DNA from: Macrostomum lignano
Lineage: Eukaryota
Assembly: GCA_002269645.1 (NCBI GenBank)
Contig: NIVC01000152.1
Location: forward strand, 682,001-746,000
Direction: 5' to 3'
DNA length: 64,000 nt
The notes below the pieces were generated by a model. That model did not search any database, was not told where the DNA came from, and was given only the letters and a program-made list of their open reading frames with translations. Shown piece by piece: positions 60,610 through 64,000 of the stretch. A program made the translations under genes and the position numbers. The stretch's first letter is position 1; every line of letters starts with the position of its first letter.

Positions 60610-63600
60610 CGCGTAAGTCAAGGATTTTTGACTTTGAAGTCTTCAATTGCTATGAAGGCTGGCTCCGAACAGCAGCCGTATTTTATCTGGCTACAAGCAC
60701 TGCTTTGCGCCTCTGTTTTCGTCTCTTGCTCTCAAAGCTCTTAGAGCAGTTTGATTTACTTGCTTATCTGTCCACTTCCCGAGTGAGGCCGTCTCCATAG
60801 GGAGAAGACCAGATGCCACTGTTCCGAACTTGTCAGATACTCAGAGCTTCAAATTGTCGGCTTTCTTGACAACCAGCTGACAGGAGCTGCTAATAATGTA
60901 AAGCAGGCGATTTGGAAACTCGTCTGATTTACATTAGTTTGAGGTAAGAGACCTTGCTGATATCTCTTCTGGAACAGTCATACTGCATGGCATAAAATGA
61001 CAAAATGTGAGTCCCTGAATCAAATTAGGATTTCGAGCAAAAATAATGCATAATTCAGAATTTTTGTCAGCAGTGGAATAGCTCGGTTTTAAAATGCCCC
61101 ATTTTGGGTCCACATTTAACTGCACTTCTGGTTTGCACTGAAGCTTGTTATTGTTGGGTAATTTTCAGTTTTATTGCTTGCATACGTGTAGCCCTACTAT
61201 GTGTTTGAACTATAGCTCCGACTCCCATGCTTGATGATATAGCATGATGATATCCCTCATAGCTCTCACTGAAAGCCCAAAAATTCTTAGAACTTGTCCG
61301 TGCTGACCTTATTATCAAGTGGGTGGTAGCGCACGTACAACGTCATGACTATAGTTAATGAGGCCTCACGGTATTTGTTGTGTTTGCAGTCTCAGCGCAC
61401 TGCAGAGTATTCGGGGTGTGGTGAGAGTTTTACTTTCGCTGCACAGCGGCGTAGGCAATTTGACTGCATGGCTAATATATACTTTGTCGTCGATAGCCGG
61501 TGACGGCCGCGTGCCGAAGCCCTTGAAGGCTTTGTGAATTGACACTGTCAAAATATATTAAGGCCGCTTATAAGGCCACTGCGGCCCGATTACGGATCCT
61601 GCGAACTATAGGCATTGCAAGCGAATCATATAGCCGTGCAGCAGAGTATATGCGCCAGCTAAAACGATTGCTAGCTGGCTGGCATCGGACCAAGCTGCGT
61701 ATGCGTCTGTTTAAGCGTCTGCTGTTGCATGGCTTGTACTTAGTTATTCAGCACGGCTGCGTCATCGATTGTGAGGATCAATCACAGACGGACGGACAGT
61801 AATGAAGGATGGAAGTACACGCTACGATCGACGCCTTAAACGCCTGATACGCATAGGCGACTGGCGCGTAGCCATGCAGAGCGGCCAGATAGCCGCAGCA
61901 CAAGCAGCAGTGTGGCGTTAACCATCACCGTGTTCGACAGCAGCATCCATACACAGCCGATGCCCGCGTCCCACTACTATAGACGATGCATATGAATTTT
62001 GGCTTTTAACCAACAATTCTTCCATTGACTCGAAAAAGGTGTTAAACAAGGACAACTAATTAAAGAAACGTAGTAACCGTAGTTTAGCTAGTATAGTCCT
62101 TGGTGTTGGGCGCAATAAGCAGATCCGAGTACTTGGCAGCGATAACTGTACGTTTAACTTGTTGACATTGATGAACAGCAAGCAGAGAGATGTAGAAGCG
62201 GCGCTTCTAAAAATAAAATGCCACTGTAAAATTTCTGTTTGTTGTCGACCACACTTATATTGAACCTTTATATATATTTTCGGTGCCCCCTTATAAACCA
62301 TAGGCCTTTCTTTACGACTTCATCTGTATTATCTGCTTTTTCGAAATATTAAGTTGTCAAAGTGACTTGCCCTACGTCTCGGGGGCATTATGGACGACAC
62401 TTAATATATTTCACCTCTTTACGTAATGAAAAGGACATAATTTTATGTCAAGTTTAGTGTTAGTAAAATATACAATAGCTTTCATTTTCTAGTGAGCACA
62501 ATGCATACGAAAAAATAGTAACATTTTGTTATAGCCATTTTTTCTAAAAAATCGTTTTTTAATTGTAACTTATTCGGTATTTTATAACACGATTATTACA
62601 TTTTCCTGTAGAAGGTCGATGATTGATTGGCTTGACCCTAGCTTTCGTCATACGTCACCAGTATTGTAAAATTGTTACTGAGATTTATTATCTTTAGAGA
62701 GTAAGGAGCCGATACGATAGTCGGTTTCTTTTTAAACTCAATAAGGAGTCAATATAGAATTTAGTTTCATTCTTGAATTGCAATTGCATCAATAATACAC
62801 GTACGTAAATACAACTGCAAGAATGACGTCGATTTATTTCAGTGTAGTTATTCTTCTCTTAGCAGGTATGCAATGTTGTGATCTATTTTAAATGAGTAGA
62901 GTTCAAATTATGATTTTATTTGTGCATAGATTTTTTATAGCATAGACTATATAGCCATATATGTTAGACCTATAATTTTAATACCTCTGACCCTCCCTAC
63001 CCTAATGATGTATTGGAATAGGCTTAGTCAAAGCTGTATATTAGTATTGTCAAAAAAGCAAAAAAAGCATTATAATATAATTATAATATAGTTTAACTAG
63101 AAAATTTAACCATGTGTAGCAATCAGATATTTGTGATATTAATTATTTAACTAATTATTGCTAAACTTAATCACTATAAAAATAAAATGTTGATTGACAG
63201 TCATAAATCTACTTTGTTACTGAAGTGGCTGTTACCAAATTGGCTGGTACTGAAGTGGATTGTATTTGATATTTTCCCAACAGATATTTTTCCCTTCAAA
63301 TAGATAATTCAAACAAAAATTAATTGATGTTTCAGGATGCTCTTTACTCTGGTGCCACATTTAGCTAGTGTTGGGCAAGTTACTCAAAAAAAGTAACTTG
63401 CATTACTGTAACTTAAGTTACCAATTTTTAAAAAGTAACTTACGTTAGCCTAGTAACTTTAGACAAAAACCTGGTAACTTTTAAGTTACTGTCCGTTACT
63501 CACTTCCGTTATTGGCCATGTTATTAACAAAATTTTCTGCTTTTTTCACTTTACACATTTTTTCTCATTGTTGTTACCGAAATTTGCCATTGGTCATTGG

Positions 63601-64000
63601 GATTAACCAATTAACAGACAAAGACAGGAATTGGCGACACGATGTGAGGCAAGTAGAAGTACCAATGGGCAATGGCAATCAATAATTAAAATTATAAATG
63701 ATAAAATAAACGAATATCAATAATTCAATAGAGTAAAATAAATAGAACTGTATAAAATGGTCTAGTGTACTGCAGTGCCAGTGGAGGGACTTGTGGAGGC
63801 TACAGATGAATTTCTTTCTTTGGTTGTTTGTTTGAATCAAACCTTGAAAATTTTTAGTAACGAAAATGAAAGGCGAAAATATTTTACAGAAATTAACAAA
63901 GTAAAACATGTTTCAAGTATTTCTTCAATAATTAAGTGCAATACCATATGATACTATTTACTTAATTTTGAATTTAGGAATGAAAAATGCAAAAACATGT

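Noticed and set aside
62823-63365. Signal-peptide-like exon MTSIYFSVVILLLAG with a GTATG donor
   Set aside because: The nearest good acceptor (63336) gives a stop after 8 codons. Remaining exons, if any, cannot be established in this window.
63365-63510. AGTGTTGGG-starting GTAAC/GTTAC-rich segment as a DNA transposon end
   Set aside because: It resembles subterminal repeats of non-autonomous elements, but no matching opposite terminus or TSD was found.

Overview
Eukaryotic (animal) genomic DNA: GC-rich exons, AT-rich introns, and about 35 distinct mini/microsatellite arrays, many sitting right next to splice sites. This style suggests a free-living flatworm such as Macrostomum lignano, but the species is an inference. 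By manual splice-site and phase reconstruction I find: a 3-exon Vax homeobox gene (+); a dead, 5'-truncated RTE-like non-LTR retrotransposon (-); a 2-exon secreted neuropeptide precursor with two (K/R)R-YDPL peptides (-), missed by the ORF track, whose peptide exon is also copied in a 3.5/3.8-kb tandem duplication; TRAF3IP1/IFT54 (-, at least 8 exons, one apparent frameshift); an orphan type-I membrane protein (+); an orphan secreted protein of two 6-Cys domains (+), whose first domain (exons 2-3, an in-frame cassette) lies between inverted microsatellite arrays; a 13-exon TRPA1-like channel (+); and an intronless rhodopsin-class peptide GPCR (-). There are also several MITE-like elements, two tRNA-derived SINE families (one CORE-SINE) and a foldback-like pair of inverted 31-bp arrays. 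Most long ORFs in the supplied track are artefacts of tandem repeats. No prokaryotic features, CRISPR arrays or rRNA were found.
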